24,143 nt of DNA. Origin: a virus (lineage: Duplodnaviria; Caudoviricetes). The position numbers and the translations under genes are program-made. Positions 7,206 to 17,158 of the stretch are shown here, in pieces. The notes under the pieces are model-generated. The model was not told the DNA's origin and did no database searches. It saw only the letters and a program-made list of their open reading frames with translations. The stretch lies in IMG/VR virus record IMGVR_UViG_3300044670_002514, positions 1 through 24,143 of that record. One strand, 5' to 3'. Positions within the stretch are counted from its first letter, which is position 1, and the number at the start of each line of letters is the position of its first letter.

Positions 7206-8678
7206 ATGTCATTTATTACACCAGATGCCTTTGAATTACTCAATGTATGGTTTTATACTAACCGTCTATACATTAATAATGAAAAAAATTCACAGAATAA
7301 AATTGACATAGCCAATTCCCTGGCCGAAATCTCTATCTATGAAAATATAGGTACTCCTTATCTTACGGCCAACATGACATATGTTGACGATCTAAATTTA
7401 TTTGAAATGCCTGGTGTTATTGGTACCGAGAGAATTGAACTAAATGTAGCTACTCCCATTACGTCTTCGTCATCAGAACAATACATTACGACAAAGCGTT
7501 TTGTGATATCGGGAATAAATGCAGCCCAGAAATCTAATGAATCAGTGAGTGTCTATAACATAAGTCTTATTGAAGATCATGGTTACTTTAATTTTGTTCA
7601 AAAAATAAGTAGGTCATATTATGGTAAGGGTGAAAACATAATAAAGAAAATCCTATCAGACACCCTCTCCAAGGAAATTGAATTGGGATTAAATGACTTC
7701 AGACCATTTAAGGAGTCGGTTCAGGAACCAATGAGATATAATATACCCTACATCAGGCCTCTTGATGCGGTCAAGGTAATTTTATCTAATATGACGACTT
7801 CACATGGCATGCCGTATTTTCTATACTCAACCATACATTCCGACAGACTTATACTTACGGATCTGGAAACTATATTGGAGAGTAGGCCCTTCAATAAGGA
7901 TAAGGTTGCGACATTTAATCCTACATCTTCATATACGGGTGGAAATATTCTTGACCAGATGTTTAATATTTCAAAATACTCAATCAGATCTTCGCCCAAT
8001 GAAGAAACCCTAAAGTTGGCCAATAACGGTGGTTTGGGTTTTAAATATGAAAACGTAAATGCTTCTTCGGGTTCCTATTATAATCAGTCACTAAACTATA
8101 AACGTTTTATATTACCCTGGATACAGAACATAGATGAGGCAACCGGTAATAGTGCATTGGGCCTATTGGTTGATGATGATTTGTTTGATCCCAATCCCGC
8201 AAATCAATTTGATCAAGACAATAATACTCCAAGATTGGGTGAATATAACTCAGCCGTGTTTAGTAATATATCTGCCGATAATTTTTCACCAAATAAAGAA
8301 ATTGGTATATCCGGAAACAAAACATTTCTTAATGATGTGGTTAGGGATGCCACAATGTACTATCTTACAAAGAATGTATATGATATAGAAATGTCGGGAT
8401 TGGTCTTTCTATTTAAGGATGTCTATAGATGTGTTGGAGGTCAAATTAACATAAGTGTAAATGAAGATAATGGACTGTCATCCTCTCATAATAAATCGTC
8501 CAGGTCAGAAAAGAAATCAGGTAATTATGTAATTCTTACAAAGCATCATTTATTTACTCCTCATAATAATAAACATAGAGTCAGTATGCAGGTCTCAAGG
8601 ATTACTAATAGGGTTTCCCGAGACGGTGTTAGGATTGTAGAAATGTTACCATCTGCCCTGGGCAGCGGACCTAGGTAG
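7206..8678 (+). CDS. probable baseplate hub protein (gp27-like)
   Basis: Located between gp53 and gp5. Motifs EISIYENI..PYLTA...D, ISRSYYG....II..IL, PYFLY and C-terminal SGNYVIL..HH.F fit the hub family. Confidence 0.6.
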   Translation: MSFITPDAFELLNVWFYTNRLYINNEKNSQNKIDIANSLAEISIYENIGTPYLTANMTYVDDLNLFEMPGVIGTERIELNVATPITSSSSEQYITTKRFVISGINAAQKSNESVSVYNISLIEDHGYFNFVQKISRSYYGKGENIIKKILSDTLSKEIELGLNDFRPFKESVQEPMRYNIPYIRPLDAVKVILSNMTTSHGMPYFLYSTIHSDRLILTDLETILESRPFNKDKVATFNPTSSYTGGNILDQMFNISKYSIRSSPNEETLKLANNGGLGFKYENVNASSGSYYNQSLNYKRFILPWIQNIDEATGNSALGLLVDDDLFDPNPANQFDQDNNTPRLGEYNSAVFSNISADNFSPNKEIGISGNKTFLNDVVRDATMYYLTKNVYDIEMSGLVFLFKDVYRCVGGQINISVNEDNGLSSSHNKSSRSEKKSGNYVILTKHHLFTPHNNKHRVSMQVSRITNRVSRDGVRIVEMLPSALGSGPR

Positions 8679-8686
8679 GAGCTAAT

Positions 8687-9664
8687 ATGTATTACGGTGA
8701 TAATGTACGTTGGTTTGTCGGAACCGCAATCGAAATAAATAAAAGTTTTCCCGGTAAGATAAAGATCAGGATACATGGCATTCATGGTCCTGAGATTGAT
8801 AATTCAAATTTACCATGGGCAGACATAATGCTTCCAACCACAGAAGCAGGCACATCTGGTATCGGGAGAATTCCTCAACTGCATCCTCCCGCAAAGGTAT
8901 ACGGATTTTTTCTGGATGGTAAGACATCACAATCACCCATAGTCTTGGGTTCAATGTTACATGAAGGAAGAGAGTCGGCCGTACAGGCATCTATACGTAC
9001 CTCCGTAAATCAGTCGACAACCGCCGATACTGATCAACCTATGGTCGATCCAAATAATCTTTTGTTGCATGACGGATATGTTATTCCAATATCATTAATC
9101 AGTTCATATAATGCAACCGACCGATCTGTTGGAGGTTATGGTTCAAGTAATATGATAAAAAAATCAAATATTATTATGGCTTTTTTGGTTCAAAATGGGT
9201 ATACTAGTAGACAGGCTGCGGGTATAGTTGGAAACCTAGCAAAAGAAAGTTTTAATTCAAAAGACAATATTTACTTTGATCCTCAGGTTACGGGCGATGG
9301 GGGTATGTCGTATGGACTGGCCCAGTGGAATAATTCAGCTAATGCTGGTTACAGATGGGATAAACTTAAAAGATATTCAAACATTAGGGGCATACCTGAG
9401 TCTGACTTTTTTGGGCAATTGACCTACCTCTTAAATACCCTTAATGGATCATTGGGCGGATCCGATACTGATGCTTCAGCCTATTCAAGAGTTCATCGTA
9501 ATATAAAGAATTCAACCGCATACAAAGGGGTCAAAATAAATAACTCAACATGGTATTTTTTGGATGAGTATGAAAACCCCTCCAATAAAAATATACAATA
9601 CATAGAGCGTGCTCGGTATGCTCAAGATGCCTTTCTTTGGTATGAAACATTTATAAAGGGTTAA
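8687..9664 (+). CDS. gp5: gp5 N-terminal OB-fold fused to a phage tail lysozyme (Phage_lysozyme2-like) domain
   Basis: Gp5 OB motifs RWFVG, GKIKIRIHGIH, LPWA and VYGFFLDG..SQSPIVLGS. The C-terminal domain has QAAGIVGNLAKES, GLAQW and F..YENP...ER..YA. Confidence 0.85.
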   Translation: MYYGDNVRWFVGTAIEINKSFPGKIKIRIHGIHGPEIDNSNLPWADIMLPTTEAGTSGIGRIPQLHPPAKVYGFFLDGKTSQSPIVLGSMLHEGRESAVQASIRTSVNQSTTADTDQPMVDPNNLLLHDGYVIPISLISSYNATDRSVGGYGSSNMIKKSNIIMAFLVQNGYTSRQAAGIVGNLAKESFNSKDNIYFDPQVTGDGGMSYGLAQWNNSANAGYRWDKLKRYSNIRGIPESDFFGQLTYLLNTLNGSLGGSDTDASAYSRVHRNIKNSTAYKGVKINNSTWYFLDEYENPSNKNIQYIERARYAQDAFLWYETFIKG

Positions 9665-9668
9665 TGGA

Positions 9669-11327
9669 ATGTCTTTACCAGCAATTTCAGATGAATTAGA
9701 TCAGTTACAGGGTTATATTAACTCTACGACCAATAAATTTAGTCACTCTCTAGATAATGATATTGATACCTCCATAGTCCAAACCCAATTAAATGATGTT
9801 TCAAAATTAGGTATATCACTCGGGGATATTGGTGGTATAGTATCACTAAACTCTTCTTCCGATATGGTATCAACCCAACCGGGATCCGTGCCGGTGCAAG
9901 TGGTTGGTCACATTCCGCTGGCAAAGCTTACCGAGAACATGCCGGGCCTAAAAACACAGTTGGTGCAGGATGTAGATCCGGCCATAAAGACTCTTAATAC
10001 ATCCATCACTAATTCTACACTTGCAGCTCCAGCTAATTTAAATGAGGTCCTATCATTAGGAACTACACAAGCAATATCCGCATCAATTAAAAAGGTGATA
10101 CCCAATGTCACCAAGAAGCAGATTACTACTGTAGTTAATGGTGCCGTTGTACAAGCAGACGCTGCTGTACTGGACCTTAATGATCCGGCCGGCGGTTCTT
10201 TTGAATCGGCAAAAGAGGATCTGGATATTATCATAAATTCATTTAATAATTCTATTGATAATATAATAAGTTCAGTTACGGGTACATCTAAATTAAAACC
10301 TGGTCTAACGGGACTCTTAAATAGTGTGTCAAGTGATATACTTAATTTTGCTGTCTTCGTAAATAATGATTTTAATGTGGGATTTGGTACATTAATCGAA
10401 AATGCCATTGAAAATACATTTCATCAAGGTGAAAATATATTAAGGGGTGTGGCCTTTAAGGGGGGTATTCAACAACAGATAACACCCGAAGATTTGGATA
10501 CTATTTTTAATCTGATTAAGAAAAAAAATATTTTGGGGGCATCAACGGTTCTTAAGAAATATAGTGACCTACCAGAAAATCAATTAGTAGATGCTCTGCA
10601 AAAGATCGATAATAGACTATCGACCTTTACTTCAAATAAATCTCAAGACTCAAAAAATATATCCTTTATTAATAGAAATATTAAAAATATAAAGGCCGAT
10701 TGGAATTTGGGATTTCCAAAGGATCCTTCAGTCTACTTTAAGACATACTCTATTTTTTCGGTCGAGGAATTAGAAGTAGAACTGGCCACCATAAAAAGAC
10801 CCTTTACTGAATTAATTCTGGGTTTTACTGGAGCAGCGTCAGATCAACCTATAGATATGTACTCATACCATAGGCGCAATGCCGAAAAGTATAGAAATTC
10901 AAATGGATTAACTTGGCATTATTATTTAAGCAGATCAGGTCTTATATCACGTGTCAGGCCCGTTGAGTTGGAGATTGGAAACGATTATCTGACTGCCGAA
11001 AAGAATCATTCAGCCCGGTCTATTTTTATGATGATTGATGGAGGTACAAATACTCCTTGGTATAATGGATATGACTATAAAAAACATGCCGTAAAGGATT
11101 CTGGTATCAATGCGGAACAATATTATGCTATCAATAAATTTTTATCCAAGATGTATTATTATCATTCGGGTACTCAGGTATTTGGTTGGCATGAAATCAA
11201 CAAATTAAAATTTCCCTACATGGATGTAAAGAATTATATTAAATCAAAATTTAACAAAGTCAATATATTTGATCCTATGGAAAGGGGTTCTCTCACCCTT
11301 GAGGAATTGCGAAGAGGTAAACTATAA
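9669..11327 (+). CDS. virion-associated protein with a C-terminal, apparently degenerate N-acetylmuramoyl-L-alanine amidase (Amidase_2/T7-lysozyme-like) domain
   Basis: C-terminal region LTWHYYLSRSGLISRVRP...SIFMMIDGG...EQY.AI..FL...QVFGWHEI parallels the IGYHYVI.RDG....GRP...SIGI...GG...V.GH pattern. Confidence 0.6.
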   Translation: MSLPAISDELDQLQGYINSTTNKFSHSLDNDIDTSIVQTQLNDVSKLGISLGDIGGIVSLNSSSDMVSTQPGSVPVQVVGHIPLAKLTENMPGLKTQLVQDVDPAIKTLNTSITNSTLAAPANLNEVLSLGTTQAISASIKKVIPNVTKKQITTVVNGAVVQADAAVLDLNDPAGGSFESAKEDLDIIINSFNNSIDNIISSVTGTSKLKPGLTGLLNSVSSDILNFAVFVNNDFNVGFGTLIENAIENTFHQGENILRGVAFKGGIQQQITPEDLDTIFNLIKKKNILGASTVLKKYSDLPENQLVDALQKIDNRLSTFTSNKSQDSKNISFINRNIKNIKADWNLGFPKDPSVYFKTYSIFSVEELEVELATIKRPFTELILGFTGAASDQPIDMYSYHRRNAEKYRNSNGLTWHYYLSRSGLISRVRPVELEIGNDYLTAEKNHSARSIFMMIDGGTNTPWYNGYDYKKHAVKDSGINAEQYYAINKFLSKMYYYHSGTQVFGWHEINKLKFPYMDVKNYIKSKFNKVNIFDPMERGSLTLEELRRGKL

Positions 11328-13831
11328 TGGTAGATGTAACCGAACTAGATGATTTATCGGGAGAAAAATCTTTAAATAATTTACATGAAGATATATCCGG
11401 AAAATATCCAAAACCTGAATATGTAGGAACAGCTAGTTATGCCAGGGAAGCACTTGGCAATTCTAGAACAGAACTTTACTTTAATTATGCTATTGATAAT
11501 CTGCCCATTGATGGACTGGATAATGTTAGATCAGAATATCCCCTAAATCAGGTCCAGAAAACATTCTCGGGTCATAGTTTTGAAATGGATGATACACCAG
11601 GCGCCGAGAGAATAATTATTAAACACAACACCGGTGCTGGTATAGAATTGGCCAAGGATGGTTCAATGACCATCTCTACACTCAAGAATTCAATACAAGT
11701 ATCTGGAGGCGATCAGTTTGTAACCATTGCAGGTGATGGTACAATTAATTACGGTGGTAACCTTGATATTAATGTCGTAGGTGATTTTAGTATAAATTGT
11801 ATGAACTTTAATGTAAAGACCCGTGGTAATAAAACTGAGAATATTAATGGATTTAGTAAGACAAAAAGTATGGGCCAAGAGAATATAATTAATGGTCCAA
11901 AGATGGATATTATATCTTCTCAGGTAACCGAGGTAATGCTTGGTAATAATGATCGTTATGTCAAGGGAGTGTCAACACAAATATCCGGTGATGACACTAA
12001 AATACTATCTGGTAAAAATCTTTATATGACAACTGATGGTATAATGGCGACCTCGGCTAATGATATGAATCTATCGGCGCAAAGTATGACCATGCAGGGA
12101 ACATCGGGTGTCATAGGTGGCCCTAGTATGAATTTTGTAGGAACTGGAGCAGATTTTACGGCGGGTGTATCAAGTCCTACCTTTCATGGCGATTTAGATG
12201 GCAATGCCGCAAATACATATGCCCAGGGATATGCTTCGACCGCTACGGCTGGTGGCGGTTCTATTACGGATACAGCAACCCCTACATTTGATAAACCGAC
12301 CGCAGAATCACTTACCAATTATCTTACTAAGGAGGCGGGTGGTATCAGGAAGGTACAGATAGATGAAGATTTTTATATTAAGAACAAAATAGATCCATCA
12401 TTTGATACGGGTAATGTACTTGCCAATACAGATGAGGTTACGCCAGACCTTATACGTTCTAAATTAAGAAATAAAAACAATCTAACAAATAAAAAATTTA
12501 TTGAATATGTACTAAAGACACAATATGTAAATAAAGAATATTTTGAAAACAAGACACCAGGTGGATATGGTAGATCAATCGTACAAGAAAATCAACCCGT
12601 TGTTGGTACGACTTCCTTTGGTGCTTCTTCTACAACCAATATCAGTAACTTTGATGAAAAACATCCAACAAAAAATATTACAATTGATCCAAAATATAAT
12701 GCCTATAACCTTAAAGAGATTACTTCAAAGACAAAATTATCAGACACCATATCACTATCAAGATTCTTGGGCACCCATGATCCAACAAACATTGATTTTA
12801 TAAGAGACATATCAGTAAAGCAGGAGATCGTAAAATATCTTTCTTTACATGCTCAGTTTATCGAAGCTGTCAATAATGACGACACTACCCTAAAAAGTAT
12901 GATCGTAAAACCTGTTGAGTCTATCTACAGACCCGGGGAATTTGAAATAATAGAAAAGGGTTCTGAAACCGACCTAAAGATAAAGGGTAGGTTGGTTGTG
13001 TATGATGTAATAGATAAAAACACTGGTAGGTCAAGTCCCGAGCATGTATTTGATTTGGCGGCCTTTGCAAAGGATCGTTTTCCATTCGAAAAGATTTCTC
13101 TACAGTATGATACTCTTAAAATTGATACGGATGAAGAACAATATAATGCCCGTTTATTAATTACTCTGCCCGAACTAGATGATAACTATAATGGAGACTA
13201 TAAACAGGAACTAGAGACCAAATTTAATAATCAGATTACGTCTGATAATGAATTGATTGAACATGTTCCACATCCCCCACAAATTATTCCACGAGCAGCA
13301 GATTTTGATAATCTTATAGTTGAATTTAGTTATAAAGATTCTATTGCTAAATATGGTTCCTTAATTGATAGAAAAACCATTAGTGATAATTGGGTCCTAA
13401 GACATCTGGCTGATGATGCCGAGATTGTAGTCCTAAAAATTCTACAGAATGAATTTGAGAGAATGATGACCATCTTTGGATCTCAGGTCTATACTACACC
13501 TCAGGGTATTTTCCCGGACCTTAGGGGATCGCGGTCTGTAAAATCTCAACATTTAAAGGGCAAGGCGTTTGATATCTACACCACCGAATATAATAATGAA
13601 CAAAAAATAAAACTATTAAATGCTGCATTGCAGGCAGGATTTCAGGGATTTGGTTTCTATAACGATTTTATTCATATTGACATGAGATCACCATCAGATT
13701 TCGTGGGACCAACAGGCACATGGTCACAAGTAGCTTCATGGGCTGGAAAGAGTCATACAAAATATTGGGTTGAATACATTCAAAAAAACCGAAGACCAAA
13801 CCCATATAACGTAATAAACCCCCATAAATAA
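11327..13831 (+). CDS. gp5: gp5 C-terminal (beta-helix needle) protein fused to peptidase M15 domain(s)
   Basis: EYPLNQVQKTFSGHSFEMDDTPGAERIIIKH-x-TG followed by xxG-D/N beta-helix repeats. The C-terminal SQHLKGKAFDI...GFGFYNDFIHID carries the LAS/M15 Zn motif (HxxxxxxD, HxD). Confidence 0.85.
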   Translation: MVDVTELDDLSGEKSLNNLHEDISGKYPKPEYVGTASYAREALGNSRTELYFNYAIDNLPIDGLDNVRSEYPLNQVQKTFSGHSFEMDDTPGAERIIIKHNTGAGIELAKDGSMTISTLKNSIQVSGGDQFVTIAGDGTINYGGNLDINVVGDFSINCMNFNVKTRGNKTENINGFSKTKSMGQENIINGPKMDIISSQVTEVMLGNNDRYVKGVSTQISGDDTKILSGKNLYMTTDGIMATSANDMNLSAQSMTMQGTSGVIGGPSMNFVGTGADFTAGVSSPTFHGDLDGNAANTYAQGYASTATAGGGSITDTATPTFDKPTAESLTNYLTKEAGGIRKVQIDEDFYIKNKIDPSFDTGNVLANTDEVTPDLIRSKLRNKNNLTNKKFIEYVLKTQYVNKEYFENKTPGGYGRSIVQENQPVVGTTSFGASSTTNISNFDEKHPTKNITIDPKYNAYNLKEITSKTKLSDTISLSRFLGTHDPTNIDFIRDISVKQEIVKYLSLHAQFIEAVNNDDTTLKSMIVKPVESIYRPGEFEIIEKGSETDLKIKGRLVVYDVIDKNTGRSSPEHVFDLAAFAKDRFPFEKISLQYDTLKIDTDEEQYNARLLITLPELDDNYNGDYKQELETKFNNQITSDNELIEHVPHPPQIIPRAADFDNLIVEFSYKDSIAKYGSLIDRKTISDNWVLRHLADDAEIVVLKILQNEFERMMTIFGSQVYTTPQGIFPDLRGSRSVKSQHLKGKAFDIYTTEYNNEQKIKLLNAALQAGFQGFGFYNDFIHIDMRSPSDFVGPTGTWSQVASWAGKSHTKYWVEYIQKNRRPNPYNVINPHK
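13823..13830 (+). promoter_or_regulatory. T4 late promoter variant upstream of gp25
   Basis: CATAAATA overlapping the upstream stop codon, followed by SD AAGGGG and the gp25 ATG. Confidence 0.55.
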
Positions 13832-13847
13832 GTTAAAGGGGAATTAA

Positions 13848-14291
13848 ATGGTTACCAGAGTATTATCAGCTGAGGACGGTGATTTAGCTAAAGGTTCTAT
13901 ACGCACCTCTAGGTCTGTACCCTTTAGTGATATTGATCTTACGTTTAGCGTAAAGGATAATGGAGAGATACGAAAAAAGACTGATGCAGCTGCCGTAAAG
14001 CAGGCAGTAAAGAATCTTATACTTACCAATCATTTTGAAAAACCATTCGCGCCAAGATTTGGTGGCAACATAGTATCAATGTTATTTAATTTGCATACTT
14101 CTGATGATGCGCAATGGCTAAGAAAAAACATAGCCAAGAATATTGAAGCCCTAGAACCCAGAGCATCTGTTATAGATATATCTACAAGAGACGACCCTGA
14201 CTACAATTCTTTATATGTCACAATTACTTTTAGAGTATCTAATAGTAGGCAGGTGGCAACCGTAACAACAGCATTATCAAGGTTGAGATAG
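13848..14291 (+). CDS. gp25: baseplate wedge subunit
   Basis: Motifs FSDIDLTF, DAAAVKQAVKNLILTNHFEKPFAPRFG, LF and EPR. Confidence 0.95.
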   Translation: MVTRVLSAEDGDLAKGSIRTSRSVPFSDIDLTFSVKDNGEIRKKTDAAAVKQAVKNLILTNHFEKPFAPRFGGNIVSMLFNLHTSDDAQWLRKNIAKNIEALEPRASVIDISTRDDPDYNSLYVTITFRVSNSRQVATVTTALSRLR

Positions 14292-16301
14292 ATGTCAAAT
14301 ATACCCACTACAATTAAATCATCATCATTAGATTTTAATTCACTAAAGAGTAATCTAAAGACATATTTACAAAATACTCAAGAATTTACAGACTATGATT
14401 TTGAGGCATCGGGGCTTTCGAATATACTTGATGTATTGGCTCACAATACCCACATCAATGGCCTAATAACCAACTTTGCACTTAATGAGTCCTATCTTGG
14501 CACTGCACAGCTAAGAAGTTCCGCTATATCTTTATCAGAAGGTATTGGTTATGTTCCCGACTCAGCGACCGCTTCGTTGGCCAAGATCAGAATATATTAC
14601 AATACATCCACTACTCCAAGAGAGTCTCCAGTTACACTACCGGCCTATACCAAATTTAATACAACAGTTGAGGACACCTCATATTCATTTATGACCATTG
14701 AACCTTTCGTTGCCACTGATGATGGAAATGGTTTTTATGAATTTAAGACAAATCTAGGTGTAAATGAAATATCAATATATGAAGGTACACTAAAGACCAA
14801 GACCTTTTTGGTAGGTGAGTATCAAGACAATCCGGTCTATGTTATTCCCGATACAGGTCTATTTGCAGATTCGGTAACCGTGCGGGTCTATCCTGATGCA
14901 ACGTCATCCGAATTTACAGATTATACAAATATTTTAAATACGACCTCTATTAATGCTAGTTCCAAAATTTATATACTTCGAGAATCACCCAACGGGTTCT
15001 TTGATTTATCTTTTGGAGATGGTAATACATTTGGTATATCACCACCTTCAGGTGCAAAGATAGAAGTTATATACTTGTCGACCTCTGGCCCAGCTGCTAA
15101 CGGTGCCAATAGATTTACACCAGGTCAACAATTTACTACGGGTGGTGACAACTCGATCACTGTTGATTTGATTACATCTACTCTGCAGAGAAGTGTGGGT
15201 GGTAAGGAAAAAGAATCTATTGACTCAATACGTAAAAATGCTCCTTTCTCATATGCATCCCAAAACCGTATGGTCACGGCTGCCGATTACTCTGCCTTGA
15301 TTCTTAAGAACTATTCATCTCTCATTAAGGATATTATTTCATGGGGTGGTGAAGATGCGGCAGAGCCAGAATATGGAGCAGTCTTTACTTCAATTCTATT
15401 TGAAGATGGTATAGGAGCTGCAACGGTATCTTCTGTGAAGCAGGGGATTACAAATCTAGCAGAACAGTTGGCTGTTGCTTCATTTAATCTTAGGTTTGCA
15501 GATCCAATTACTACATTTATTGAAGTTGATACCTACTTTCAATTTAATCCCACCAAAACGGATAAAACATCAAACACAGTTAGGGATGAAGTAAATACAG
15601 CCATAGTAAATTATTTTGGTGAGACCACAGGTGTCTTTAATAGTTCATTCCGAAGATCAAATATGCTTTCACTAGTTGATGATGTAAATACAGCAGTATT
15701 GTCATCACGAGCCGATGTAAGAATGCAGAGGCGCTTTACTCCCACCAATCCTCAATTAATTGCAGTAATTAATATTATTACGGATACTGGTAGTTTGACA
15801 GGCGCAGAACTTGATTATGTTATTAATCTAATTAATTCCAGAAACTATAATGGAGCTGCCAATTATCTTCTTGATTTTTCATCGCAGAATTTTACGTCCA
15901 TTAAAACCACTCTTGCTTCTACATCAATATCCAACATCCAACAAATTGATTTTCCCGTACCCCTAGCTGCAGCTGATAATGATCAATATATTATTACTTC
16001 TAATACCTTTGTCTATAAGGGTAAAAATTGCCAGTTAAGAAATCGTCTTAATAGTAACATAATTAATATAATTGATGCTGGGTCGGGACTAAATGTTGAA
16101 GAGGGTGTGGGTGTCTGGCAAGACAATAGGGTCACCATAAATTATTTTAATCCTTCTACGGTGTCGGGTACCGATACGCAGATAGCACTATCGGCAGTTC
16201 CTGCTAATACTTCTGCTATTACACCAACCCGAAATGATTTATTGGTTTATGATCCTAACAGATCTTCTGTAAACGCCGTACTAGTAACAGCTGAAAACTA
16301 A
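14292..16301 (+). CDS. gp6: baseplate wedge subunit
   Basis: Motifs LDFNSLKSNLK, FTDYDFEASGLSNILDVLA, FGDG, ESIDSIRKNAP, QNRMVTAADY and WGGED. Confidence 0.95.
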   Translation: MSNIPTTIKSSSLDFNSLKSNLKTYLQNTQEFTDYDFEASGLSNILDVLAHNTHINGLITNFALNESYLGTAQLRSSAISLSEGIGYVPDSATASLAKIRIYYNTSTTPRESPVTLPAYTKFNTTVEDTSYSFMTIEPFVATDDGNGFYEFKTNLGVNEISIYEGTLKTKTFLVGEYQDNPVYVIPDTGLFADSVTVRVYPDATSSEFTDYTNILNTTSINASSKIYILRESPNGFFDLSFGDGNTFGISPPSGAKIEVIYLSTSGPAANGANRFTPGQQFTTGGDNSITVDLITSTLQRSVGGKEKESIDSIRKNAPFSYASQNRMVTAADYSALILKNYSSLIKDIISWGGEDAAEPEYGAVFTSILFEDGIGAATVSSVKQGITNLAEQLAVASFNLRFADPITTFIEVDTYFQFNPTKTDKTSNTVRDEVNTAIVNYFGETTGVFNSSFRRSNMLSLVDDVNTAVLSSRADVRMQRRFTPTNPQLIAVINIITDTGSLTGAELDYVINLINSRNYNGAANYLLDFSSQNFTSIKTTLASTSISNIQQIDFPVPLAAADNDQYIITSNTFVYKGKNCQLRNRLNSNIINIIDAGSGLNVEEGVGVWQDNRVTINYFNPSTVSGTDTQIALSAVPANTSAITPTRNDLLVYDPNRSSVNAVLVTAEN

Positions 16302-17158
16302 TGTCTAATTCTTACGATAAAACAATACAAGATAACGATAGAAATGAAATCAACCTGCATAGGTCTGATGTCAAGAATCTATTGCCGGCATACTTCCAGG
16401 AAGATTTTCCAAAACTCATTAAGTTGCTTGAATCCTACTATGAATGGTCCAAAGAGCAGGGGTTTGATGATCAGATCCATAGGATGTATGAAAAGAGAGA
16501 TGTAACGGTTGTTTCGGATTCTCTTCTTGAATTTTTAGAAGATGAACTGCTATTGGGCAATGCATACTTTGGTGGCTTTCTAAACAAACGAGAAGCCATA
16601 AAATTTAGTAACCTGTTGTATAGATCAAAGGGTACAAAGTATTCTATTGAACAATTCTTCAGGGGCTTTTTTGGTGTAGACCCAGTTGTTATATATCCCA
16701 AGGAAAATATATTTAAGGTTGGTCCTGAAATAGATTATGATCTTAACGCCACAAATACTTCGGGCCAGCAGATTAAAAAAGATGCATCTAAATTGGGGCC
16801 TGAATCATTTAAATTTATAACGGATGATAAATTATATCAAACACTTGCTATTCTTATTAGAGTAAGTATACCTATTGATAAGTGGATCGATACCTACAAA
16901 CTATTTGCACATCCAGCTGGATTCTATATTGGTTCAGAGGTTCTCATTGAAGTCTATAATGAAAACTGGGATTATGATGGTGATACAAATGTTGGACTAT
17001 TTACACCGTTTACAGAAGAAGAGGGTATTGGATATAAAATGATATTTGGTCCTGGTAGTGTTCTTACATCAACTACTTCTTCTACGGGCCTTGCTACAAT
17101 TCAACCAGATGCTTATGCAAGCACAACAGTAATCGAGAGTGAAGATGGGCCAGCGTAG
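16301..17158 (+). CDS. baseplate wedge protein, gp7-like (compact form)
   Basis: Follows gp6. Motifs LP.YFQEDFPKLI.LLESYYEW, LYRSKGT.YSI..FFR.FFG and HPAGF. Confidence 0.7.
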   Translation: MSNSYDKTIQDNDRNEINLHRSDVKNLLPAYFQEDFPKLIKLLESYYEWSKEQGFDDQIHRMYEKRDVTVVSDSLLEFLEDELLLGNAYFGGFLNKREAIKFSNLLYRSKGTKYSIEQFFRGFFGVDPVVIYPKENIFKVGPEIDYDLNATNTSGQQIKKDASKLGPESFKFITDDKLYQTLAILIRVSIPIDKWIDTYKLFAHPAGFYIGSEVLIEVYNENWDYDGDTNVGLFTPFTEEEGIGYKMIFGPGSVLTSTTSSTGLATIQPDAYASTTVIESEDGPA

